This document shows positions 37,254 through 48,100 of a DNA stretch of 64,000 nt, one piece after another. A program made the translations under genes and the position numbers. Within the stretch, counting starts at the first letter, position 1. Each line of letters starts with the position of its first letter. Below the pieces are notes generated by a model that was given only the letters and a program-made list of their open reading frames with translations, did not search any database and was not told the DNA's origin. The stretch spans positions 122,886,001 through 122,950,000 of the forward strand of contig CM059431.1 in NCBI GenBank assembly GCA_030390025.1, read 5' to 3'. The DNA is from Squalus acanthias (Eukaryota).

Positions 37254-38839
37254 ATTGTATCCAAGGACCTTGTTGCAAATCACACGATTCTGTGCGCGCT
37301 TCACTCAATACATTGTGAGCGATTGTTTATCTGAGGTTGAATATGATCAAAGTACACCAAAAAATTGTAAGTCGCACTGAAACTTCACGCCCTTGGTAAT
37401 AAAAGCAGGGATATTGTATGGAAAATGATTTAATGCAGGGAGATTAGGCAAATTAGCAATTTCAGGATTGCTTAACAGGATTAAAGAGCTTTTTTTGAAT
37501 TTGTCTATCATGAAAATGACAGAGGAAATCAAGTCATACATATTAAAGCAGTGTAACAAATAATTATAATATATGTGTAGAATGACAACTTTTAATCAAC
37601 ATGTCCTTTTCTTGTTATGTTTGAAACCGTGCATATTCTTGACACAGGAAACCAAATTATTTGCTTAGCATTTTGTCATGGCACACATTGTTATACACTA
37701 ATATCTTGAAGGGTTTATAAAAATCAAGTAAATAAAGTTATTTTTAAAAATCAAGATTTCTGATTATAGTATATGTGGGTACATTTTGTGAGGCTCCATT
37801 TCTGGTGCAGAGCCTGGCTGGGGATCAGATTTGGGCCTGCGGGTCTAGCCCATTTTGCAGCAAAGACTTTTTGGGATTCTGGGGGAGAAGAGGCTGTAGG
37901 CCCAGTGGAGTCACGGTAGAGGCTTGAAAACTACGCAAATAAATCCCACACAAGATTTTTTCAGGCTCATTTTGTGAGGCAATGCCAGTGGTGTTGGTGG
38001 TGGGCACCAGCCCAATTCTCAGCATGCCGCATATTGCAACTGCTGATTTAAAGACGAAGATGGCCGATGTTGCAGACAAGCACAGGCCTTATTTAGATTG
38101 AATAGTTATTTAAAGCCAGTTTTAGGCTGAATCTTATGGCTTTGGGTGAAGTTCCATCCACACTGCATACCTTGCCCATATAAATTAACGGCAGGGTACA
38201 TCCTGGGACCTGTCCTGGCCCAAGTAGAATTCTTAATGGAAGTTAACAATGTGAGGTAAAAATATCATACATTTTTAAAAAATTACATTTTGCTGCACTT
38301 TGTTCCATGCTTTAGTTGGTTGAACTGGGTAGTCCACCATTTTTGATTTTTGCTTCCTCCCACTGCTGGCAATGAATGAAAACACAGCGATGAGGTTGGA
38401 GTTTTGATGGTACTGTATGATTTAGATGAGGAAGACAAGTTCATGAGGGACAACAAATGCAAGTGCAATGACACCGTTTTACTCTCATGCGTCACTACCC
38501 AAGGGCTCGCGTTTATAGATCCCTCTCCTGCACAGAGGAGACCTGTCTTTACTACCACCACTTCACAGTGGAGATTGTCACATAACTATGCCATCTGCTG
38601 CAGGCTGATCGGCAGACAACTTGTACCACAGGCATGGCTCATTCTGTGGGCGTGCATTAAACATTAAGACCATACCATGCCAAGCCACTACCAATAACAT
38701 ATACCAATTAGTCATTCAGGTGTACACAACTGTGCAAAGTATTTGCAAGCACCAATATATTCATCACTTTCCCTGTGGAAGGAGGCACCAGCTGGGCCGG
38801 ACAGAAAATATTTTCCAGATGCCAGGTTTCCCAAGAGTT

Positions 38840-38904
38840 GAGTGTCAGCTGTGGCTCAGTGTTCGAAGGTTGGGGTTCAAGTCCACTCCAGAGGCTTGAG
38901 CATA
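38840..38904 (+). mobile_element. tRNA-derived SINE head, continuing at 40025-40052
   Basis: TGGCTCAGTG A-box and GGTTCAAGTCC B-box. Interrupted by the insertion 38905-40024. Confidence 0.6.
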
Positions 38905-40024
38905 TAACACAATAGCAAAACACTGTGGATGCTGGAAATCTGAAACAACAACAGAAAATGCTGGAAACTCTCAGCAGGTCAGGCAGCATTGTGGAGAGAG
39001 AAACGGAGTTAACGGGCTGGATTTTATCAATGGGGAGGCGTTGGGGGCGGGACTGCTGCTTGTCGGGTTTCAGTCCCGCCCCCAACGACGTCCGGCCAAC
39101 CCACGCTATTTTCCCTTGATTGACCTTGTGAAGCCCGCCCTGCGGGTTTAGCCGGCCAATTAAGGGAAAGCCGGTGACAGAGAACATCAGCGTATGATGT
39201 TTCATCTTGACAGATTTTTTTGACAGATGAATTGTCATCGTTTGACAGCTTTGAGAAGCTGTCAAACACTGACAATCTCTGTTCAAAGGTAAGCCCTTGG
39301 ACTGAAGGCTTACCAAACCTCTCTCCTTAGCAGAAATCATATGGCTCCTGCATCGGAGAATGCAGCAGCCATTCTGTCATCTCTGCCATTGAGATGAGGC
39401 ACCTCCGGATCCCAAAAGATTGAAGCCTGCAGAAGAAACAAAGGTACGTAACCTTTTTCTAACACTTTGCACTCACCTCTCCACACTTGCTCCCATCACT
39501 CACCTCTACAGCAGACTTTTCGACCCCTCTCACCCCCGCAGACCCACTGCTCGCCTCGCTGACCCTGGCGAGGTTCGCAGCCATCGGGAAGCCCACACTT
39601 GTGTGGGTAAAATGGGGATAAGCTTCTTAATTGCCTGTTAACTACCTGTTAACAGGCAGTTAAGTGGCTGTAATTCCCTTCCCGCCTCGAGGAGACGAGT
39701 CCCCGCACGAATCGGGGACCCGCCTCCTGGGAAGATGGCATGGAGGCGGATTGGGAGCGGGGTTGGTACCCGCTCCCAGTTTCTGCCATTTTCCCGGCAG
39801 TCCTGCCTCCATACCCACCTCTCCAGGGCTGGGAAAATTCCCCCCAACATTTGACCCTTCGTCAGAACTGGAAAAAGTTAGAGATGTAACAGATTTTTAA
39901 GCAAGTGCAGAGGCAGGGAAGGGTCTTTGTCAGAAGGATCATCGACCTGAAACGTTAACTCTGTTTCTCTCTCCACGATGCTGCCTGACCCGCTGAGTGT
40001 TTCCAGCATTTTCTGTTGTTGTTA
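38905..40024. mobile_element. Penelope-like non-autonomous insertion with inverted pseudo-LTR arms
   Basis: TSD CTTGAGCATA (38895-38904, 40025-40034). Arms ~38945-39013 and ~39954-40022 are reverse complements. Degenerate hammerhead cores. Confidence 0.75.
39014..39845. mobile_element. Harbinger-type MITE nested in the Penelope-like element
   Basis: TIRs GGGCTGGATTTT and GGGGGGAATTTT, TSD AAC/AAC, CCCGCC subterminal motifs. Confidence 0.75.
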
Positions 40025-41604
40025 CTTGAGCATAGAATGCTAGTTTGACACTTTGGGGGAAATTTTAATCTAAAAGAACGGGTGGGTTGGGAGCGTGTGA
40101 TTAGTTAAATTGTTAAAAATATGATTACTGACCTGAACCTGCCTCCAACCCGCCCACTTCCGGTTTTAAAGGCGGCGGGACGGGGGCGGGTAGTGAACCC
40201 ACTGCCAGGAGGCGGGCGGTTGATTTAAATATTAGAATGAGGCTGGAAGCCTCTTCTTTAACCTCCATTTTGTGTTTAACTGTAGCTGGTCGAGTTTTAC
40301 ACATCTCGTAAAACTGACAGATACAGCAAGGCGAGGACTGCTGCATCCAGGAGGTAAGTACCTTTACACTTACCTCCTGGATCCACAGTCAGTGCCTAAC
40401 CCAACCACCCCCCGCGATCGGAGACCCCCCAGGCCTCCGATCCCTCACGAGGCCTCCCCCAGGCCTCCGATCCCCCCACCCAGGCCTCTGATCCCTCCCC
40501 AATGCCTCAAATTGCACGCTCGAGGCCACCAATTCCACCCCCACCCCCCACCCTCAAGCCTCCGATGCCTCCATGAGGCTTGCCCCCTTGCTCCTCCAGC
40601 CTTCCCCGTGCTGCTCCCGACCCTCAATCCCTTCAGACACCTGCCCCATTCCTCCGGCTGCCCCGTGACCCATCGCCCCCGATCGTCTGCAGACGGCTGC
40701 CCTGCAGCCCATCGTCCCCGATGTTCTGTAGGCCCAACCCCGCGGCCCTGCCCCATGCTCCTCCTGGCCCACGTTCCTAGTGAGACCTCCCTGTACTGCT
40801 CCCGGCCCTCGATCCTGGTGAGATCCCCCCCACCTTGCTGCTCCCGGCCCGCGATCCTGGTGAGATCCCCCCCCACCTTGCTGCTCCCGGCCCTCGATCC
40901 TGGTGAGATCCCCCCCCCCCACCTCGCTGCTCCCGGCCCGCGATCCTGGTGAGGCTCTAGTTGCAGTCCCCCTTGGGCTGCAATATCCCATGGAGATGGA
41001 GCAGAGGCAGCAAAGGGGACAAGCTGCTCGCAGAGGGAGGAGGAGGAAGCAGAAGAGGAGGAAGGAGATGAGTAGGAAGCAGAAGAGGAAAAAGCAGAAA
41101 GGAAAAAGCAGAGGAGGAAGATGCAGAAGAGAAAAAGCAGAAGAGGAGGACGTGGAAGGAAGGAGGCAACCCAGACAGCCCATTTCTGGCTGGGATATCT
41201 GGGATCAAATCATCTACCTGCAGTACCAGTGAACACAACCTCAATTCCCCTTTCAACATTTGCCTACACCGTACCTGCCCTCTGTCACAGTGTCCTCTTG
41301 GCCACGATGCTGAAATGAAAACCACCACAAAGCAAATTTTCGAATCCAACTTTATCCATATATGCATCCAATATTACATTAAAAAATCAACTCATCACCC
41401 TTGTGCATCCCCTTAGTGAGTGGCCTGCGTGTGCCTTTGCCTATCCTAGTGCTGTCACGCAGTGCTACCCCAGTGGCTGCAGCATGGCTGGTAGAAGGCT
41501 ACCGGGGCGGGGGGGGGGGGGGGGGGGAGGAACACACTGCAGATGGCCTTGCAAGATGACCTCGAGGAGCTGGTGGTTGGGAGTGTGAAATCGAGTGACG
41601 GTGT

Positions 41605-41697
41605 TTCTTCTTCTTCTTCTTCTTCTTCTTCTTCTTCTTCTTCTTCTTCTTCTTCTTCTTCTTCTTCTTCTTCTTCTTCTTCTTCTTCTTCTTCTTC
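41605..41697 (+). repeat. (TTC)31 microsatellite
   Basis: Uninterrupted TTC run. Confidence 0.97.
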
Positions 41698-42061
41698 TCC
41701 TCTCTCCTCTCCCTCTTCTTGGTCAATCACTGGCTGAGCAGGCTGGATTTCTTGGGTGTCTGAAATGATGAAGGCACAAGGGTAGGGTTGTGGTGAGGGG
41801 AGAGGTTGAAAGCAAGAGGTGCATGCTTACACCATGTGCAGTCTGTAAATCAGAAGATATTGTGGGATGAGGGGGAAGTGGGATGTGAGAAGGAGGATAA
41901 CGTATGAGGATACCAGCATCTTGTATCCTTTCAGCCCCGCCACTGGCCAAGGGCTCAGCCATGCCCCTGCCCAGAATGCGGAGATGCCGGTGTTGGACTG
42001 GGGTGGGCAAAAGTGAGAAGTCGCACAACACCAGGTTATAGTCCAACAGTTTTATTTGAAA

Positions 42062-42099
42062 TCACAAGCTTTCGGAGCGGCTGCTCCTTCGTCAGGTGA
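42062..42099 (-). ncRNA. Minimal type I hammerhead ribozyme motif
   Basis: UCAC-CUGACGA-A-GGAGC-AGCC-GCUCC-GAAA-GC-UU-GUGA: intact core, 5-bp stem II, 4-bp stem I, palindromic AAGCUU stem III. Confidence 0.75.
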
Positions 42100-42112
42100 A
42101 GTTCTTTTGAAG

Positions 42113-42150
42113 TCACCTGATGAAGGAGCAGCCGCTCCGAAAGCTTGCGA
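42113..42150 (+). ncRNA. Minimal type I hammerhead ribozyme motif
   Basis: UCAC-CUGAUGA-A-GGAGC-AGCC-GCUCC-GAAA-GC-UU-GCGA, with one stem I mismatch. Confidence 0.7.
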
Positions 42151-42741
42151 TTTCAAATAAAACTGTTGGACTATAACCTGGTGTTGTGCGACTTCTCACT
42201 TTTGTCCTGCCCAGAATGGCCAGCACCGTCTCCTCCAAGGAGGTGAGGTGAAGCTAAGAAAGTGAGGTGTGCCTCATGTTTGGTGGAGATTGTTGGTCGG
42301 TGAGTGATGGGGGGGGATGGTCATGCATTGAGCAGTGTTTGAGGCTAATGGTGCAGTTGGTCCCACATCCTTCTTTCTGGAGGGTCTCTCTTCCAGTATT
42401 GACCCCCTGCACAAAGCTGGAATGCTGCGTCCGAGACCCTGGGTGCCCTATCCTTGGCCTGTTGTGCCATTTGTGTTAGTGCTGAAACACTTTTACCATT
42501 TTGATCAGCAGAAGACACCTCACCTTTAAGAGGTACAGACTGCCTAGTGCTGAAGCAATTTTACATTTTTTTATCTGCAGAGGGCAGCTCAGCTTTAAGA
42601 GTGGCAGACTGCCTTTAAGAGGAGCAACAATGAAGTTGACGCGCTGCCTGCGCTTTTTGAACGGGTGCGGGCATATCTTGCATCTTCCTGGCCATTATGT
42701 GTTTGTGATAGTTTGCTGTGCACAAATTAGCAGCTGCTTTT

Positions 42742-42843
42742 CCGACACTGCAAGTGACTACACTTCAAAAGTACTTAATTGGCTGTAAAGTCCTTTGGGA
42801 CATCTTGAGGTTGTGAAAGGCATTATATAAATGCAAGTCTTTC
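42742..42843 (+). mobile_element. SINE/LINE 3' tail (Deu-SINE type)
   Basis: GTGACTACACTTCAAAAGTACTTAATTGGCTGTAAAG..GTGAAAGGCATTATATAAATGCAAGTCT. Confidence 0.7.
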
Positions 42844-43625
42844 TATCACAAATGGCAACTAGATAATGCAAAGAATTGTTGAGCCTGGCCTTGAGATTGT
42901 GAGCGTGCATTTATGTTCTCTGCAGAAGTCGTCCTGAAGTTTTACGTAGGGCAAGCCTGTTCACAACTGCCTCCTGCAGTGAAGCATCCACTTTATCAAC
43001 CATCAGACATGGTTTAGCTGCGGTGCTGTTCTATCACTTACCCATAGAGATCATTTTGTGCCTGCATGTTGGTTTCCTTTTAACTTCATTTTTGCTTTGT
43101 CCTTCTTTCTCCATCCTTTCCCAGCCATAGAAAAGTTTGACAAATAATTAACATACATTTTAAAGCTTTATAAAGGCTGAAAAATTATGATAGATTTGCT
43201 GAGTCCTTGCACACGACGAGGAACTCTGCATCTCATGAGCATTCATTAGAAAGTTGTGGGCCAACTACCCACAATTTTCACTTCCATTGAAATTATTGGA
43301 TATTAAATATCAGCAGCATGCACACAATTTTCTGAGGATTGCTCACATTGTGCAAGGCACCTCCCCATGAGCAATCATAACATTTATTTCCCCCCCTTCT
43401 GCAGCCAATTACCTTCAAGTGCATTCATCCTTTTGAATTTGAGTTACTAACCAAATTTTCCACACCCCTGTTAGTTTGGTTGCAGCTCAGGATCAAAGCT
43501 GTCCTGAGAGTTAATTATCAAAGGCAGGCTTTACCAGTTCCTTATGATTGGGCTATCCTTGACAACTAAAATCTTTGTCTGATTACTCTCCTGTGAAGCA
43601 CCTTGGGACGTTCCCTGCATTCATG

Positions 43626-44244
43626 GGGGGAAAAATAGTGCATAGCCCATTTTGGGGAGCTAACCTTGCCAGGGAGCTAATTTTAGTGCCCCAAAAAAGT
43701 TGGCGCCCCTACCCTGTAAATTCAGTAGTGGCGCCCCAAGAAGGAGGTGGAACGTTACTGGAAGCCCTCCACCTCCTTCTTGGGGTGCTTCTACTCAATA
43801 TCGCGGCGCTACGTGCAACAGCGCCACGTGTGGTGACATGTAGCGCTGCATCATTGCAGGCCTCCTCCCCAGATCAAAGGGGAGGGGCCTAGCGCTGCAC
43901 ACAGCGGTGCCCTGCTAGACTACTGGGGCGAGGGGTGCCGTGGAAACAACCCGGCCCGCTCATTGGTTGTCCGGCAGGGCCCCGGTGCGCACAGCGCTAG
44001 GCACCCCATTAGTCAGGGGAGGAGGCCTGCAATGACGTGGCACTATGTGCAGCGGAATGTAGCGCCGGAACATTGAGTAGTAGCGCCCCAAGAAGAAGGT
44101 GGAGGGCTTCCGGTAGCGCCCCACCTCCTTCTTGGGGCGCTACTACTGAATTTACGGGGTAGGGGTGCTAACTTTTTCGGGGCACTAATATTAGTGCCCG
44201 GCGAGGGTAGCGCCCCAAAATGGGCTATACCCAATTTTTCCCCC
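43626..44244. mobile_element. Harbinger-type MITE with ~200-bp inverted arms
   Basis: GGGGGAAAAAT termini. Arms are mutually inverted and similar to the right arm of 9523-10295. TSD not clean. Confidence 0.75.
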
Positions 44245-44651
44245 AGTATGAATAATGAGCTATTGATTATAATTTATATTGCATAGATCAGCCACTAAGG
44301 TTATCCCCCAGTGTAGTCAAAATAAGGTCCAGTAATTTACTGCTTAGTGTTGTATCTATATATAACAATGGGTGCTGTCTTGTTACTGGAAAAGTAAATT
44401 TACTTTTTTCATAACATCTATGTCTAACTACATCTCATCTGAACAGGGTCAATCAAGTCCTCAAAGTCATTTTTGTGGTTAAGAGTGAGTAGCAGACTGG
44501 AGAATGTATTTGAACTTCCTCAAAGTGGTCCTGCAATATTGCCTCAGAATTTTGGAGCAGTAAACAAAAGAGCCTGCGAATGGCAAGCTTGCACAATCAA
44601 AGTTGTTTTCAAGTCGTGATTCATAACTTTGTTTATAGCACAGTACTTCCC

Positions 44652-44790
44652 TAACACGATAGCAAAATACTGCAGATGCTGGAAATCCGAAATAACAACA
44701 GAAAACGCTGGAAAAACTCAGCAGGCCAGGCAACATCCGTGGAGAGAGAAAGAGAGTTAACGTTTCAGGTCGAAACCCTTCGTCGGAACT
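44652..44790 (-). mobile_element. Solo Penelope-like pseudo-LTR of the 38905 family with a hammerhead-like motif
   Basis: Duplication ACTTCCCTAACA (44645-44656, 44788-44799). Reverse strand AGUU-CCGACGA-A-GGGU-UUCG-ACCU-GAAA-CG-UU-AACU. Confidence 0.75.
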
Positions 44791-45196
44791 TCCCTAACAG
44801 TTGGGTTGGAGCCCTCAACAGGTCACACCTGCTTTATAGATCACAAATCTGTTATTTTATCACGTACATATGTTAACAGTTCCAACAGTTATTGATCATA
44901 GGTGTGTTTAACAAAGCGGTTCGCTTTAATTATGGAGTTTTAGTAATAACTTAACCATCTGGAGATGAAAGGCTGATAAAGGTTCCAAAAAGCAGTTAAA
45001 TCAATGATGTCTACTTCAAAACCTGGTTTTATGGCATAGACAAGATCATGGGAAAGAAATTAACTAGGAAACACAAGATTGGAGGAAAGTTAGGAATAGC
45101 AAAATATATTGTGGTAAAAAGAAAAACTACAAATGCAAAACCCCTAATACTGAAAGACAGGTTCATATCTCAGGTGGTAAAGGGGTTCAACCAAAA

Positions 45197-48100
45197 GGGT
45201 AGATTTCTGCGAACTCGCCTGAGGTAGATTTCTGCGAACTCACCTGAGGTAGATTTCTGCGAACTCGCCTGAGGTAGATTTCTGCGTGTTCGCCTTAGGT
45301 AGATTTCTGCGAATTCGCCTGAGGTAGTTTTCTGCGTGTTCGCCTTAGGTAGATTTCTGCGTGTTCGCCTTAGGTAGATTTCTGCGAACTCGCCTGAGGT
45401 AGATTTCTGCGTACTCGCCTGAGGTAGATTTCTCCGTGTTCACCTGAGGTAGATTTCTGCGTACTGGCCTGAGGTAGATTTCTCCATAGTCGCCAGAGGT
45501 AGATTTCTCCGTGTTCGCCTGAGGTAGATTTCTTCATATTCGCCTGAGGTAGATTTCTGCGTACTTGCCTGAGGTAGATTTCTGCGTACTTGCCTGAGGT
45601 AGATTTCTGCGTGTTCGCCTGAGGTAGATTTCTTCATACTCGCCTGAGGTAGATTTCTCCGTACTCGCCTGAGGTAGATTTCTGCGTGTTCGCCTGAGGT
45701 AGATTTCTGCGAACTCGACTGTGGTAGATTTCTGCATGTTTGCCTGAGGTAGATTTCTGCGTGTTCACCTGAGGTAGATTTCTGCGTGTTCACCTGAGGT
45801 AGATTTCTGCCTACTCGCCTGAGGTAGATTTCTGCGTGTTTGCCTGAAGTAGATTTCTGCGTGTTTGCCTGAAGTAGATTTCTGCGAACTCGACTGAGCT
45901 AGATTTCTGTGTACTTGCCTGAGTTAGATTTCTGCGTGTTCGTCTGAGGTAGATTTCTGCGAACTCGCCTGTGGTAGATTTCTGAGAACTCGCCTGTGGT
46001 AGATTTCTGTGAACTCGCCTGTGGTAGATTTCTGTGAACTCGCCTGTGGTAGATTTCTGCGTGTACGCCTGAGGTAGATTTCTTTGAACTCGCCTGTGGT
46101 AGATTTCTGCATGTTCACCTGAGGTAGATATCTGTGTACTCGCCTGAGCTAGATTTCTGCATGTTCGCCTGAGGTAGATTTCGGTGTGTTCGCCTGATTT
46201 AGATTTCTGCGTGTTTGCCTGAGGTAGATTTCTGCGAACTCGACTGAGCTAGATTTCTGTGTACTTGCCTGAGCTAGATTTCTGCATGTTTGCCTGAGCT
46301 AGATTTCTGCATGTTTGCCTGAGCGAGATTTCTGCATGTTCGCCTGAGGTAGATTTCTGCGTGTTCGTCTGAGGTAGATTTCTGTGTGTTCGCCTGAGGT
46401 AGATTTCTGCGAACTCGCCTGTAGTAGATTTCTGTGTGTTCGCCTGAGGTAGATTTCGGTGTGTTCGCCTGAGGTAGATTTCTGCGAACTCGCCTGTGGT
46501 AGATTTCTGTGTGTTCGCCTGAGGTAGATTTCTGCGAACTCGCCTGAGGTAGATTTCTGCATGTTTGACTGAGATAAGTTTCTGCGTAGTCTCCTGAGGT
46601 AGATTTCTGCGTGTTCACTTGAGGTAGATATCTGTGTACTCGCCTGAGCTAGATTTCTGCATGTTCACCTGAGGTAGATATCTGTGTACTTGCCTGAGGT
46701 AGATTTCTGCATGTTCGCCTGAGGTAGATTTCTGCGTGTTCACTTGAGGTAGATTTCTGCGAACTTGCCTGAGGTAGATTTCTGCATGTTCACCTGAGGT
46801 AGATATCTGTGTACTTGCCTGAGGTAGATTTCTGTATGTTCACCTGAGGTAGATATCTGTGTACTCGCCTGAGCTAGATTTCTGCATGTTCGCCTGAGGT
46901 AGATTTCGGTGTGTTCGCCTGAGGTAGATTTCTGCATGTTCGCCTGAGGTAGATTTCTGCGTGTTTGCCTGAGGTAGATTTCTGCGTACTCGTCTGAGGT
47001 AGATTTCTGCGTGTTTGCCTGATTTAGATTTCTGTGTGTTCGCCTGAGGTAGATTTCTGCGTGTTCGCCTGAGGTAGATTTCTGCGTGTTTGCCTGATTT
47101 AGATTTCTGTGTGTTCGCCTGAGGTAGATTTCTGCGTGTTTGCCTGATTTAGATTTCTGTGTGTTCGCCTGAGGTAGATTTCTGCGTGTTTGCCTGATTT
47201 AGATTTCTTCATATTCGCCTGAGGAAGATTTCTGCATGTTCACCTGAGGTAGATTTCTGCGAACTCGCCTGAGGTAGATTTCTGCATGTTCGCCTGAGGT
47301 AGATTTCTGCCTACTCGACTGAGCTAGATTTCTGCGAACTCAACTGTGGTAGATTTCTGTGTACTCGCCTGAGGTAGATTTCTGCGTACTCGACTGAGCT
47401 AGATTTCTGTGTACTCGCCTGAGGTAGATTTCTGCGTGTTCGCCTGAGGTAGATTTCTGCGTACTCGCCTGAGGTAGATTTCTGCGTACTCGCCTGAGGT
47501 AGATTTCTGCGTACTCGACTGAGCTAGATTTCTGTGTACTCGCCTGAGGTAGATTTCTGCGTGTTCGCCTGAGGTAGATTTCTGCGTACTCGCCTGAGGT
47601 AGATTTCTGCGTACTCGCCTGAGGTAGATTTCTGCGTGTTTGCCTGATTTAGATTTCTGTGCGTTCACCTGAGCTAGATTTCTGCCTATTCGCCTGAGGT
47701 AGATTTCTGCATTTTTACCTGAGGTAGATTTCTGCGTGTTCACCTGAGGTAGATTTCTGCGACCTCGCCTGAAGTAGATTTCTGCGTGTTCACCTGAGGT
47801 AGATTTCTGCGAACTCGCCTGAGGTAGATTTCTGCGAACTCGCCTGAGTTAGATTTCTGCGTGTTCACCTGAGGTAGATTTCTGCGAACTCGCCTGAGGT
47901 AGATTTCTGCGACCTCGCCTGAAGTAGATTTCTGCGAACTCGACTTTGGTAGATTTCTGCGTGTTCGCCTGAGGTAGATTTCTTTGAACTCGCCTGTGGT
48001 AGATTTCTGCATGTTCACCTGAGGTAGATATCTGTGTACTCGCCTGAGCTAGATTTCTGCATGTTCGCCTGAGGTAGATTTCGGTGTGTTCGCCTGATTT

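Larger units (their letters stand above)
41979..42205. mobile_element. Palindromic Penelope-like mini element
   Basis: 92-nt arms 42008-42099 and 42113-42204 with 2 mismatches, ~29-nt one-sided extension, 13-bp TSD CCTGCCCAGAATG (41966-41978, 42206-42218). Confidence 0.85.
40055..42740. mobile_element. Degenerate Harbinger relic H6
   Basis: TIR-like GGGGGAAATTTT with CCCGCC motifs, transposase-like acidic C-terminal remnant (~40960-41232, +), probable Myb remnants on -. Confidence 0.5.

Noticed and set aside
38840..38900. tRNA gene
   Set aside because: Only A and B boxes of a SINE head, with no complete cloverleaf.
40272..41232. Pro-rich and Lys/Arg-rich ORFs
   Set aside because: Low complexity with short tandem repeats (~40795-40950) inside a decayed transposon.
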